Positions 37,825 through 49,330 are shown, numbered from the stretch's first letter. The stretch is 51,104 bases of DNA from Paraglomus brasilianum (GCA_910592345.1 CAJVPI010000126.1:1-51104), one strand, 5' to 3'. Made by a program: numbers and translations. Notes: generated from the sequence alone by a model not told the origin.

Positions 37825-38972
37825 TTTAAATTACCAATGTCACATCTTTATTGTTCGATTTCTTGGATGAAATTAATGTTTCTGTCCAATATCGTCGTTG
37901 AGAAAACCTCGTGGGCTAAAAGAGAAGAAGAGCGTCTATAATCTACGAAAGTTGAACGATGTAAATTCACTACGGCCAAGAAAAGTAAGCATAAAGAGTT
38001 ACTGTATTATGTAAACGAGCATAAAGTTTTAATTATGTATTAATATTTATAAATAACGCCGGGTCGCAGAGCCATTTGTGCAAAAATTTCGTCCATCGGA
38101 TCCATAATATCGTGCTAGCACAAAACGTAGGCGCCTCATGATATATCGTATAAACGAAAATCGAACCGTAAAATTCTACATCGATTTTTTACACGCACGC
38201 TGATGAGACTAATATTTAAATATGTAAGTTTTACGTGTATAAGATTCTTGGTCGTTGAGCTGTTAAAGGATGTCAAACGAACGAAAAATCAAAAACAATT
38301 ATAAGTAAACTCAAAATCTCCTAACCGTCAGATTGAAGATTGGGTGATAAACGTAAACTGCAATGAAATCATGTCTAGTGATGCCAACTTGGATGAGCTC
38401 TCCACTTTCGTCATATGTGTATACGTGGTAAATGTTTGACTTATTTTACAGTTCTTCAACAAACGGAATGACATGAGATGAGATTCCACTAATGCAAGCT
38501 CAGTTGCTGCATACTGCAGACATGTTGCTTACAACAAATACTTTTCTGAAGCACGTATGTGGTGCCGATTGGGAACATCCTCATTCATGCTTCATACATT
38601 AATCTTCTAGCTTTGGTAATTATTGGATATAATCTGAAGATAATAATCCGAAGGGAGATTTCATGATTTATATGTATTATAATTGTATATACGTACAAAC
38701 GAGTTATGCGATTTCAATACCATGTCCTACGAGCAGCTATATGCTATCCTCTTCGATGATCTTCTGCTACGTTTTGCAATGATACAGTTTTGATCTCTTC
38801 CTATATTGCAACAATCAAACAAAAAAAAAGTAGATATAATCAAAATCCTAAATATTTCTAAGCAGATAAATCCACAAAGGAAAAGTAAATATACCTGCCA
38901 AACCACTCGCGCCGGTATAGCCAGAGTTGACTGTATAGGAATACCCGTATATGGAAAATTATATAATGGTTC

Positions 38973-39146
38973 GACTGAATATGAAAAAGCCATGCGTTTC
39001 TTGGAGATAGGTTGCAATTGCGGTTGCTCACCGAGAGAGAATTTTGCTGAATTACGTGAAGCGTCTCTAGATCCGAACAAGATATATTTTTAATGGCCCA
39101 GTTGAAAGCAATGAATGGAGGAGAAATAACTGCCAGCCAACGTCTC
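38973..39146 (+). mobile_element. Transposase-like fragment (putative Sola-type), copy B
   Basis: TEYEKAMRFLEIGCNCGCSPRENFAELREA..SRSEQDIFLMAQLKAMNGGEITASQRL with a frameshift; homologous to 9340-9502. Confidence 0.6.
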
Positions 39147-39338
39147 TTTATCGACCGACTATCTCTTGCCGTAATCTTTTTAGGTCTTCCTGTTCTCGAG
39201 CAGGATCTTGGCAGGATATGCCACTGGAACTCTATTTAGATGTGCCGCAATTACTGGTTCACTTAGCCCACATTTCCAAGCACCAATTATTTCTCCACGT
39301 TCAAAAAGTGTAAGTTCTGATCGTAAACTAGAAGCCAT
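39140..39338 (-). mobile_element. Tc1 transposase N-terminal HTH remnant
   Basis: MASSLRSELTLFERGEIIGAWKCGLSE...LNR and, after a frameshift, RTGRPKKITARDSRSIKR (GRPK linker). A candidate upstream TIR TA|CAGTCCCCTACAAAAA lies on the minus strand at 40291. Confidence 0.85.
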
Positions 39339-40293
39339 TTTGCTATTGTCAGTAAACAAATGGGTTTGATCATGCACACGCAAATGCTTTTATGAGAATA
39401 CCTCTTAAATTAGAGCGAGCAAAGACCGATACTAGGGCATCAGTGTTCGCACGTTGATGGGGAGTTGAAGGAGATGGTGGTGGTAATTTAATTTTATCAG
39501 TTAAAGTGATATTGTTACGATGAGAGAAGTCTGTTTTGATGTAATAAATATAAGCGGAAATATCGAAGCGACAGTCATAAGAATAATGATATTGGAAAGA
39601 ACCAGAGTTAGCAAGTATAACATTTTACTACTTCTCACTGATTTGTTGGTGACCACTAATAAATAGCATCAGATACTGATTCTAACTTCTGCTTACAACA
39701 TTTAGCAACCGGATGGATAGTCCGCAGCATATTAACATTAGTTGATATTCTTCCGGCCCAGACTACAACAGCCGCTGCTAACGACAATGCTATCGTCACC
39801 ACATACAACAATGCAATTGCACCCACACATCGACGCAATTGCATGCTGCCACATCCTAATAAAGCGCGTTTGCTCCCGTTCTTTAATTCGTGGACTACCG
39901 TCTTGAAGGACATTTCATGCTCAAGGATCACTATTGCAAAATCAGTCTGTCAAGTAAATGCAAAGGAGCTTAGTTCGCGTTTCGTGTATTGGTAGTACAG
40001 CTGTTTGTGTAATATTTCACATTTTTAACGGAGATTTATAAAACTTTGTAATTATATATTTTAAATTATTCTGAATAACTTTTCCTGTTAACAATGTGGT
40101 TTTGCGCTTTTGTCAATTGAAATTCCACGATAAAATCGGTGAAACTCTTTCGCTGACTTTGACGATTTTTGTTAGTAAATGAAGGTAAAAATGTCTATAA
40201 AATGTACTAAACATGTGGCAAACAAATAAAATTTTACGTTTACACATTGCACGATTTCATGGTATAATTCGTAAATTTTTGTAGGGGACTGTA

Positions 40294-40743
40294 ACCATAC
40301 TTGATTGCCTAAATTGCTTCTCAATTAGTGGAAGAGAATCAAGAGTAGCAACTGCCTTGACTGCGCTTGCGCAGTTTTTATTCAGGTACTAATGTTCATC
40401 ACCAAACAAACATTGAGGTACTCATGCTGTTAATTGGAGTTGAACGCCTTAATCTTTATAAAATAGATATCAAGGTCACCTTAGTTTTAGGCATCTGTTT
40501 AGTGTCTCTCCACATGGCAGTACCGATAAATTGCCTTATCTCTGTCAAGGCTGTAGATCCCTAGCTGCTATATCTATTTTTGAATCACAATGGCAAGAAA
40601 ATATGGAGGTAATATTTCTCGCTAAATTTTTTTGGTTTGCTATGTTATTTTCGCCGACTAAGTCCATTTGTCGTGAAGCTATAGAATTGGTCAAGGATGC
40701 TATAAAGGATGGTATATTTAATAATATGGGTTCAGGATCCAAA
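40294..40743 (+). pseudogene. PUP1: Proteasome beta2 subunit (PUP1/PSMB7) unprocessed pseudogene
   Basis: SGRESRVATALTALAQFLFR|intron 40386-40466|[43 protein letters not shown]|intron|[23 protein letters not shown]. It has internal deletions, and the catalytic Thr1 region is missing. Confidence 0.9.
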
Positions 40744-41097
40744 CATACCAAAAGTCGAAAGTTACAAGTTTAAACCTGGAACGACGGGTGAGTGTAATAA
40801 AATATTATTCAATCATTGAAAGTATGACTAGATCGTAACCTGCATTATTTATTTTACTTGCAGCTATTCTCAGCGAATCATTTAGGGAGATGCTATGGAC
40901 ATTTCATGATAGAATCAACTTTATTCATATAATTGTTATATATGTGCAAACATATTCCAAATAACCGTTTATACATTTGTTATTATTATGTGAGTTATCG
41001 ACAATATTTACAGTAAATTAACGACCCTCTTCTAAAATTTCATTATCATTTCTCTTCCATATTCTTTCCCCACCTCTTCTCCATATTACACACTTCG

Positions 41098-43614
41098 TTA
41101 TGATGTACTACCTCGTATCGCTTCTCTCACCGCTTGTTCCGTCTTAACCCACTCCATCATAGCGTCGCCGACAGCAACAACAGTATTATCAATCGCCCCA
41201 GAGACAGCAGCCACTGTATCCACCACAACAGCCTGACATGTACCATATAACTCATTAACAAACTGTGCCAACCATATACACGGGGCATATATGATACCAC
41301 TCACAAATGTGATTGTTCCAATCACCACCTCACTCATGAGAACCATTCCATCATAGATAACATTATAGATGCTAATGAACAGTTCAGAAATAGCAATGAA
41401 GAGAGATGACAGAATATTATACAATAATATGAATAAATCTTGGATAAGACTCCAAGAATATAGGATTAATGCCATCGATTGAGATAATATCACTGTACCC
41501 AATTTATATAATCCTAAAAAGACTGTGACCAATCCCGTATAAACCAATACTAAAAGTGTATAAATGGGTTTAAACAATATTATCCATAGCACTTTAAAAA
41601 TGACTGCAATTATACTCTTTGTAACCAAATATGTCCATTCGCCAAAAGCCGCTATTCCCGTATACATAGTGTAGGTGATTTCTAGCATCAAGGTCAAAGT
41701 TGCCAGAATAATTTGCATTAGAGGAGCCAAAACTTTGTTAAAAATGACTGCAATTATACTCTTTATAACCAAATATGTCCATTCGCAAAAAGCCGCTATT
41801 CCCGTATACACCGTGTAGGTGATTTCTAGCATCAAGGTCAAAGTTGCTTGCATTAGAGCCAAAACTTCGTGATATAACCATAAACCAGACACATACAAGT
41901 CGACAGATAGTGCAGAGAGAGAAGAGATCATAGTGTATAGGCTTCGAGTCATGTGTTTTTTCAACAAAATCGTTATAAAGAATAGGCCTCGAGAAATGCG
42001 TTGTGTCATCCAAATCGTCATAGAGTATAGGCCTTGAAACATGTGTTTCATCAAAATCGTCAAATGGTGTAGGACTTGAGACATGAGTTGTTTCATCAAA
42101 ATCGCCATAGAGTATAGGCATTGAGATATGAGTTGTTTCATAAAGTATAGACCCTCAGATATGCGTTGTATTATATAGTATAGGCATTGAGATATGAGTT
42201 GTTTCATAAAGTATAGACCCTCAGATATGCGTTGTACTATATAGTATAGGCATTGAGATATGAGTTGTTTCATAAAGTATAGGCCTTCAGATACGCGTTG
42301 TATTATATAGTATAGGCATTGAGATATGAGTTGTTTCATAAAGTATAGACCCTCAGATATGCGCTGTATTATATAGCATAGGCATTGAGATATGAGTTGT
42401 TTCATAAAGTATAGGCCTTCAGATATGCGTTGTATTATATAGTATAGGACTTGAGATATGCATTGTTTCATCAAAATCAAAAAACATTTCACATTGACAA
42501 TTGTAGCAACAACACATCTAAGGATTGGGTCCCTCAATATTTCGCTCACAATCCAAGTAAGTTCTCTTTTTCCATCGGTAACCACACGCTTGTACAAATA
42601 CGCTCGGATTATAGGCCCATACATTCGCACAGTCTCCCAGAGATAGACGCTTGCATAATGAACGAAATTGCAAATTCGAATAACCGTGTGATGCCAAATC
42701 CATCGAACTGAATCGCAGCCCAAGAAAATCATATCACGTACATCTTCCAACATATCGCGTATAATAAAGCATGCAACATGGTATCCTATACGAGATAAAT
42801 ATACTGCACGCTCGATGGACCAGATTGTTGGTTTAATAAATACAACAAAAAGCAATCGCCTTGCGCCGTTCCAAACAAACACGCTGAATCTTTTAATCGC
42901 GTTCCATAAATATGCACACGTTTTGCAACTGATGTCGTATCCGAATTCCAATAGTTTACAACTCGTTACCGCCAATGTCCGTGCAATTAGCCAGATGATA
43001 TGCCAGATGCCAAGTACGATATCCCAGATGCCAAGTACGATATACTTTATTGCAATCCACAAATAATCTCGCCAAAGCACGCTAAGTCCACGGGGAACTG
43101 ATTTGATAGCACGAATCGAAAGCTTTAACGCAAATTCCATCATGTCCAGTGAATAGAATACACATAGTTTGTACAGATCCCACGCAATTCTCAGCGATAT
43201 GTATACCATCGCGAATGGAAATACCAGAACATATATTATTAGATTCCGAGAGGTGAGGATAGAGGTATCTGACGAGGTAGTCCTAGCATTGCGACGGGTA
43301 AAATGTCTGTTATATCTGTATTTGGGGTAATGAGCAAATGCTACATATAAATAGAGAATAACAAGAATTATGCATATGAGGACTATAAACGGTCTTCCAT
43401 ATGCCGTCGTCAGAAATATCCACGTCGGCCTTGCGATAAACCCCAAATCAAATTCACACCCAGTCAAGCACACCCAGAGGCTGCAGAAAGTAACATTGAC
43501 CAAGTTGTGGATATCAAATGTGACATTAGCGAAAGTAACACAGGTGGGCGTTGGAGAGGTAGACGTTGAAGAGATAGACGTTGGAGAGATAGATGTTGGA
43601 GAATAATATGCCAT
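41098..43614 (-). CDS. Intronless 838-aa hydrophobic helical protein with 22-aa (2x11) and 48-aa internal repeats
   Basis: 2.5-kb uninterrupted ORF with an N-terminal SPTSI repeat, two clear transmembrane segments, then a long amphipathic repeat region. Confidence 0.85.
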   Translation of the reverse strand: MAYYSPTSISPTSISSTSTSPTPTCVTFANVTFDIHNLVNVTFCSLWVCLTGCEFDLGFIARPTWIFLTTAYGRPFIVLICIILVILYLYVAFAHYPKYRYNRHFTRRNARTTSSDTSILTSRNLIIYVLVFPFAMVYISLRIAWDLYKLCVFYSLDMMEFALKLSIRAIKSVPRGLSVLWRDYLWIAIKYIVLGIWDIVLGIWHIIWLIARTLAVTSCKLLEFGYDISCKTCAYLWNAIKRFSVFVWNGARRLLFVVFIKPTIWSIERAVYLSRIGYHVACFIIRDMLEDVRDMIFLGCDSVRWIWHHTVIRICNFVHYASVYLWETVRMYGPIIRAYLYKRVVTDGKRELTWIVSEILRDPILRCVVATIVNVKCFLILMKQCISQVLYYIIQRISEGLYFMKQLISQCLCYIIQRISEGLYFMKQLISQCLYYIIQRVSEGLYFMKQLISQCLYYIVQRISEGLYFMKQLISQCLYYIIQRISEGLYFMKQLISQCLYSMAILMKQLMSQVLHHLTILMKHMFQGLYSMTIWMTQRISRGLFFITILLKKHMTRSLYTMISSLSALSVDLYVSGLWLYHEVLALMQATLTLMLEITYTVYTGIAAFCEWTYLVIKSIIAVIFNKVLAPLMQIILATLTLMLEITYTMYTGIAAFGEWTYLVTKSIIAVIFKVLWIILFKPIYTLLVLVYTGLVTVFLGLYKLGTVILSQSMALILYSWSLIQDLFILLYNILSSLFIAISELFISIYNVIYDGMVLMSEVVIGTITFVSGIIYAPCIWLAQFVNELYGTCQAVVVDTVAAVSGAIDNTVVAVGDAMMEWVKTEQAVREAIRGSTS
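41596..41847 (-). repeat. 144-nt period coding duplication (2 copies)
   Basis: ATLTLMLEITYTxYTGIAAFxEWTYLVxKSIIAVIF occurs twice. Confidence 0.9.
42111..42475 (-). repeat. 66-nt coding tandem repeat, about 5.5 near-identical copies
   Basis: Unit starts at 42111, 42177, 42243, 42309, 42375 and 42441; it encodes LISQCLYYIIQRISEGLYFMKQ. Confidence 0.97.
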
Positions 43615-43856
43615 TGTCAGTAATTGACGGCAGGAAAGTGTAAATCTAGAACCGTTAATTCATGAGTGCCATATTACTATTCATTGCTCGGCGCAGCAAA
43701 TATTAAAGATAACACACAACCTTCCAGGTCGTACAGGCTCAAATATTATCCTTTCATTGGACGCTCAGATGCCCACTCCATAAATAGGAATACTATGGAC
43801 TGTACGACGTGTCGGGTTGTGCGACCTGGCAGGTAAATAAATGTCACGGCAGATTT

Positions 43857-43918
43857 TATTCTCTAACCCCATTGGTTAGTTTCAGCTTCAGCCGGATTTC
43901 AGCATCAGCTCCCACAAT
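43857..43918. repeat. Dispersed CCAAT-containing element, copy 2
   Basis: Matches 37774-37824. Confidence 0.8.
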
Positions 43919-43920
43919 AA

Positions 43921-44253
43921 ATGGGGCGTGATCTATGAAAATGATGCATTCATAAAAATAGCTGATCGTCAGAAAATCATCTTCAAAGAAATTGGGCCGT
44001 TTTGATGGTAATTATCCCCATTTTACATATCACCCCAAAATCTAAGCATTTGTTATGATGATTGGCAAGGATTTTAGGGTACAGATTTGAGACCTTCTTT
44101 GTTGTGCTACCGAACTTCTAACTGCGAAAAACTATTACACTTGAGGTCAGGAAAAGTCACAGGATAGATAGCATACCCAAGTATATATCCCGCACAGAAA
44201 CTAAATTTGTACCCCAAATCACCAACTACCCATTTTCATAGATCAGTCCCCAT
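43921..44253. mobile_element. MITE-like non-autonomous element, 333 bp
   Basis: 23-bp terminal inverted repeats ATGGGG(CG/AC)TGATCTATGAAAATG (21/23 match), an internal imperfect IR at about 44070/44203, and no ORF. The TSD is unclear. Confidence 0.75.
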
Positions 44254-44342
44254 ATAGTACATTAACCCTAAGTACAATGCATAAGCAATGGTGAACCACA
44301 TATACATATAAATAATTGATAAAACAAGATTACCAGATTAAA

Positions 44343-45835
44343 TCAATATTGAACTGAAAATACCTCCCAATCTACCCATTCAAAACGATCTACTGACTTT
44401 CTTATTGGAACTTTATATGTACATTTCTGAGCAAGGGGCTTATATTTGCCTCCAAAATATAAATCCATGGCCCCATTCCCAAAAGCAGGGAAAGCATTAT
44501 TATCATAAATGGCATGTGAACTATGATTACCAACAAAACTTACTATATTCTTATCCATGTTTTTGTCTAATGCAAATATAAAACTCTCTTTAGTATCAGC
44601 ATACTCATTTTGGGAACCCCATGCAAATGGGTTATATCCACCAAGTATTTCTCCAGTATCCAACACTTTCCCAACAGCAATTGTGGGTCCTTTGTTATTA
44701 CACAGCTCTCTAAATTTTGCAAATGTATCACCATCTCTACTTCGTCTATAAAGTAGGGTAAATCTATGAATTCCATACTTCCTATGATTCTCTTGAAGTT
44801 GTCTTGTTGATTCCACAATCTTTGATGAGATCCATTCTGCTTGTTTTTTGTCAATGATAACTGAATCAATCTGTCCCATTCTTGTTGATAACACATGAGT
44901 GTTTGGTTTGTAGCTTTTATCCATTTTATAATTGAGTAAATCACGACACAACTTTGTTGGTAATAAATAATAATATTGAGCAACCTTGTCGGGGGAGATG
45001 TTGAAAAACCTTATATGAGGTATACAATCTGCTATGATATCCTTGATGGTGTTAATGTCATTGGATGACCAATCATCTGAATCATTTCCAAGTTCTAGTC
45101 CAGGCACTTGTTTAGTAGCCCATTGGATGACTGACACCCAAATATCATCTTCATCCATGCTCAGTTCATCACTTTTGAGGAGAGTGATCAAAATCTCCTT
45201 TGGTAAAGTTGCAAGATCATTCGACTTGAAGATAATATCCGGGTGGGAAACCATGATTCGATTACAGTAGGCCAGAAGTTTGTTCAAAGTGACTGTGGAT
45301 GCAGCATATTTATGAATTGTGAGAATATTCTGTTGAATCCAATCCTTTTGTTTATCAATCAAACAAGTTTCAATTCCAGTAAGGAGATCAAATAGTTCAA
45401 ACTTGCTAGCTCCATCTAAAAGGTTGATCCAACCCACAATCTTGCATGCATTATAGGACAATCGCCCAGTGTAAATATATCTACGATGCGATGAAACGTC
45501 AAGTTCAAAAATGAATACCTGAATACTAGCGTCGACGTTGTGCATACAACTTACATCTCTTTGATTAATAATATGAAATTTTACCTGAGCAATATTTCGA
45601 AAACGTCAGGAGTTACATCTTCAAATGTTATAGCTGCGTTTTGAATCTCTGTATTCCCGGTTATGCTATTCTCAAGAAATTTGCTTCTCGTACATAAGAC
45701 CAACGTATGGGCAAGAAATATTTTGGTATTTGGCTCTTTTCCAACGTTGATTGAAATATCTGTATATTTGCCATGTTCGTAAAGCTTCTCATAGTCTGAT
45801 GAAAGGCTCGAGGACAAATCAACAAAGTTATCCAT
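44343..45835 (-). CDS. BTB/POZ-BACK-TLDc domain protein
   Basis: Exon 45835-45585 (YTDISINVG...FLAHTLVLCTRS...FEILLR), intron, exon 45480-44343 (YIYTG; EDDIWVSVIQWA; IPHIRF; FTLLYRRSRDG...FRELCNNKGPT...ILGGYNP...SFIF...PAFG...WEVF). Confidence 0.95.
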
Positions 45836-45959
45836 ATTCGTGTGTGCAATGTTAAAGACGTTTTTTTTCTATGCCGATTTTTATCGATCACCCGTGTCAC
45901 AGTGAAGTGTGAGAGCGTGCATGAGTATATGTAAATTCACGTGATTCCGATACTTCATT

Positions 45960-46333
45960 TATTGGTTCTATGCTTTTCTCTCTCTAATATATTTCTCGAG
46001 AATATTTGTCATTTTTATGTGCTCATTTGCATTTTCTTGTAGTAAAAATGCTTGTACAGTTTCCAAGCCTTGTAATGCCGTACTGGCACTGATAGCTGCT
46101 GTTTCGGTGCTTGTTCGAGTTCTGGGTATGTAACCGATATGTGTCTTTTTGCATTTGGAGCAATGATTTCTTCAGAAAGTAACTGGTTGCAAAATTCGTG
46201 TTATGGTAGACTCATTAACATTTATTTTCAATCCAATTAACATACTCCGCACGAGATTTCTTATTATCGCGAGCATACAGGCAAAGTTCGTATTTTGCGA
46301 ATCTGTCAAAGTTGTCTTACTTTTTGGCGGCAT
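45960..46333 (-). mobile_element. pogo/Tigger (CENP-B-like) transposase internal-deletion remnant
   Basis: MPPK..TTLTDSQKYELCLYARDNKKSRAEYVNWIE..VNESTITRIL..NAKRHISVTYPELEQA is fused directly to the C-terminal ISASTALQGLETVQAFLLQE. The DDE core is absent and there are frameshifts. Confidence 0.85.
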
Positions 46334-49181
46334 GATGAATTATTTTTATTGACGGTGAAATTTCAGTACAATCCTTTAACTAACAATTAGTTATAAACGA
46401 TTTTTATGATGACCACGATGGCATGCTTAAATAGTGGCTAACTGTTACAATCGTAAATTATGATATTAAGATGTTCTGTCCACTGTTGACTATTGATGTC
46501 TAAATAAATACATGACCTGATGTTAGCAGACAATGTTACTACAGAACTGTATTCTCACATCTCGAATATAACTTGACACCAGAAAATAGTTTGCTGCGTA
46601 AAGTAGAATAATTATAGCACGAATTCTCTATTCGTTACATTTATGATCCGATAATTTGTTATTGTCTTATAACCTGGTGGGTTGGATAATCGGCTGCTAC
46701 CTTATTGGTCCTGATTGTCGCCAACTGCAACAGATTATACGTGAGCGTTAGCGAAACTGTAAATATCTGATGTCAGATTAATCCGGTAGAAAACTGATAA
46801 CTAATAGTTTACGTTATTGTCATTATTGCCATAGTGACTATATACCGCAACGTTGAATAAAGACCAATATCTTCGCAATCGATCAACCTACCCGCCACCA
46901 AATACCTTACAAAGTCTTTATTGCCCACAAGCGTACTTTAAAGAGCAACAAACTTGATATTATCTCCGGTCTCTGCATCTGTCAATATGCATTTTTATAT
47001 TACTATACTATAAAGGAGATATTTGCAATCTCGGATAGCAGAAATAACATTCTATTCAATGTATTCTCAAGCGTCACAGCGCGTGTTGGTGCATATAGTG
47101 TACGTCGTTGGAGATGATAATGTTATTCATGACATTTTTTGCATGCTATGTGAATAGGTTTTGACGATAAATAACATGTGCACTAGGATGATGTATAATC
47201 CACAAGTCTAGGTTGTAAACAGAACATGGAGGTTGAGTTAGATGAGTGCGTAAAAGCGAGTTGATTACCCTATATTATTAATGTAAGATGATGGATAACT
47301 TCATTTGTTATGTCTTTATTTAATCGCAAATACAAGCATGGGAGTTATTGAGTTTTGATAATGCAAGAAAAGTCGTATAATTTAATCCCAGAAGCAACGA
47401 AACACGGCCGACTCGTATCCTGTGAAATCTGTAATGAATTTCTCGAATTCATGTCTTCCTTCATTGAATAGCAGCTCTGGTTGTTATCTTTGTTCTATGA
47501 CTTCGTTTGCGACAAGCGTATTTATTGCCTCGAACACATCGTCCCCAAGAGTTGGCTTTTCTCATAGCTTCGGACATTGCTGTGCTGTTGTAGTATCAGT
47601 GACTACATGAAGTTGAATTCATTTGATATTCCTCAATAACCGAAATAAATTATCGTCTTAATATCATGGTGCATATCACTACAGAACATGCGGCATTGCG
47701 AACATCATATAAAGAAAAAGTATTTTTACCGATTACTCTATATCGAATTCCTTAATCGATATATAGCTCCAATGGAAGACAAGAAGAAAGCAAAGCGCTT
47801 TCTAACACAGTTTCCGATAATAGCCCTTATTCCAATAGCAATTTTGACACAAACCTCGGCATTCTTTATTGAAGCGGAAGCCATGTTAGCTAATATCCTT
47901 CGGTCAAAACATATGTTTATCATCAATAAGGCGGACCATACCACACTAAATGTTTTACATCTGGAATCTTCTTAAATAAAGGAATGTACTTATTAAAAGA
48001 GAAATACGTACAATGGAAAAAAATGACAATACATACTCGTAGTCAGCATAGGAGATTGCTTAATTATGGTGATAAAATGTGGTGCAAGTTTATCAATGAT
48101 GTAAATAACCTAAATAACCCATACTGCCTGTATTAATCGGAAATGCTATCTATCGTAAATACATCAGACAGCTTATCTTACGGTTAAATAGTATATTAAA
48201 CATCAAATAAGACAGACTTCTACCTAGAAACATGTTGATAATAACGACACACCGCCGAGACTCATGGAGCAGTAACTGTACTTTGACATGTTGCACTGTA
48301 GTGGCAGAGTCATTATAGCGAACATATTGTTATGTGATGAGACTTAATGATGTAATTTACCCCATAGTCGTTCTTTGTCTGTTCTGTGACAGCCCATCAT
48401 GGATTGCCATCACTAAAGATTATCAACGATTAGTCAACATCATTGTCTGTTTGTGATGCTATCCCTTGACGAGACTAAAAGATGAAAGCAGTTTTTAATT
48501 TTCTTAGGCTGAAATCTATAAAAGCTTACTTAATACGTGAGATGACGACTAGCTTTCAATATGGAACCTTATGTTCCTATTATAGCCAAGTCACTATTAC
48601 TATTAGAAATAGTTTTTTAGCATCCTTCATTGTTCGTTAACATACAAACATTGCATAATATTTGTGATGGCGTGCAGTTGTGGGGTTATATCGTTTAGTG
48701 CAGAATGCCAAGCTATTCTGGGTTAAATCTCTCCACTGTATGCCTGATACCTCATCCCCAAAAAATTTTGAGTTATTATTAGAAGAACTATACAATAATC
48801 GGTCATACGTAAATCGGCCGGGGAGAACTTTCTGTTGAATGATTTTGAGGTGTACAAAGGTCTAATTTAGCAAATGGTTATCGTTATGCATATCTGGCGG
48901 TTACACACCCTATTTAAACCATGGGCTTGGTTCTGATTATGATCGGCTAAAAATTGGCTAACGTCAAACCAAGATAATCTCGGTTTTGATTCCTTGTCTG
49001 CCTATATTTCACAGCACAATACGACCAGCTAATTATAAAAAGAGCGTTTCGAGTGTCATGTCAGGTATCGACGGCAACTACTTGTACTATAATGAAAATA
49101 AGCTGCCGAATATTAAATTTATTTATTATCTTGATACTTTTACTTATACATATTAGTCTTGTCTAGAAGCGCGGTAAAAAT

Positions 49182-49330
49182 AGGGAATGGCGGGGGGAGC
49201 AGTGGTAGTGGGGAAGGGGGAGGAAAAAAGGAAAGGGGGAGGAAAAAAGGAAAAGAGGAAGAAAAAAGGAAAGGAGGAAGGAGGAAAAAAGGAAAGGAGG
49301 AAGGAGGAAAAAAAAGAAGACGGGGCAGGG
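49182..49330 (+). repeat. Purine-rich (G/A) low-complexity tract
   Basis: About 150 nt of almost pure G/A. Confidence 0.9.

Noticed and set aside
38360..38670. Exon-like pieces with GT-AG signals on the plus strand
   Set aside because: In-frame stops and no family resemblance; too weak to call.
38960..38985. GGTTCGA T-loop-like motif
   Set aside because: No cloverleaf stems around it, and it overlaps the start of a transposase-like fragment.
39656..39995. Open frames on both strands between the Tc1 relic and its candidate TIR
   Set aside because: No recognisable motifs or splice structure; a gene cannot be supported.
42111..42475. Regularly spaced repeats that could be mistaken for a CRISPR array
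   Set aside because: They are head-to-tail 66-nt units with no unique spacers, lie in frame within a eukaryotic ORF, and there are no cas genes.
41738..43606. Shadow ORFs on both strands inside the 838-aa gene
   Set aside because: Alternative-frame by-products of the repetitive coding sequence.
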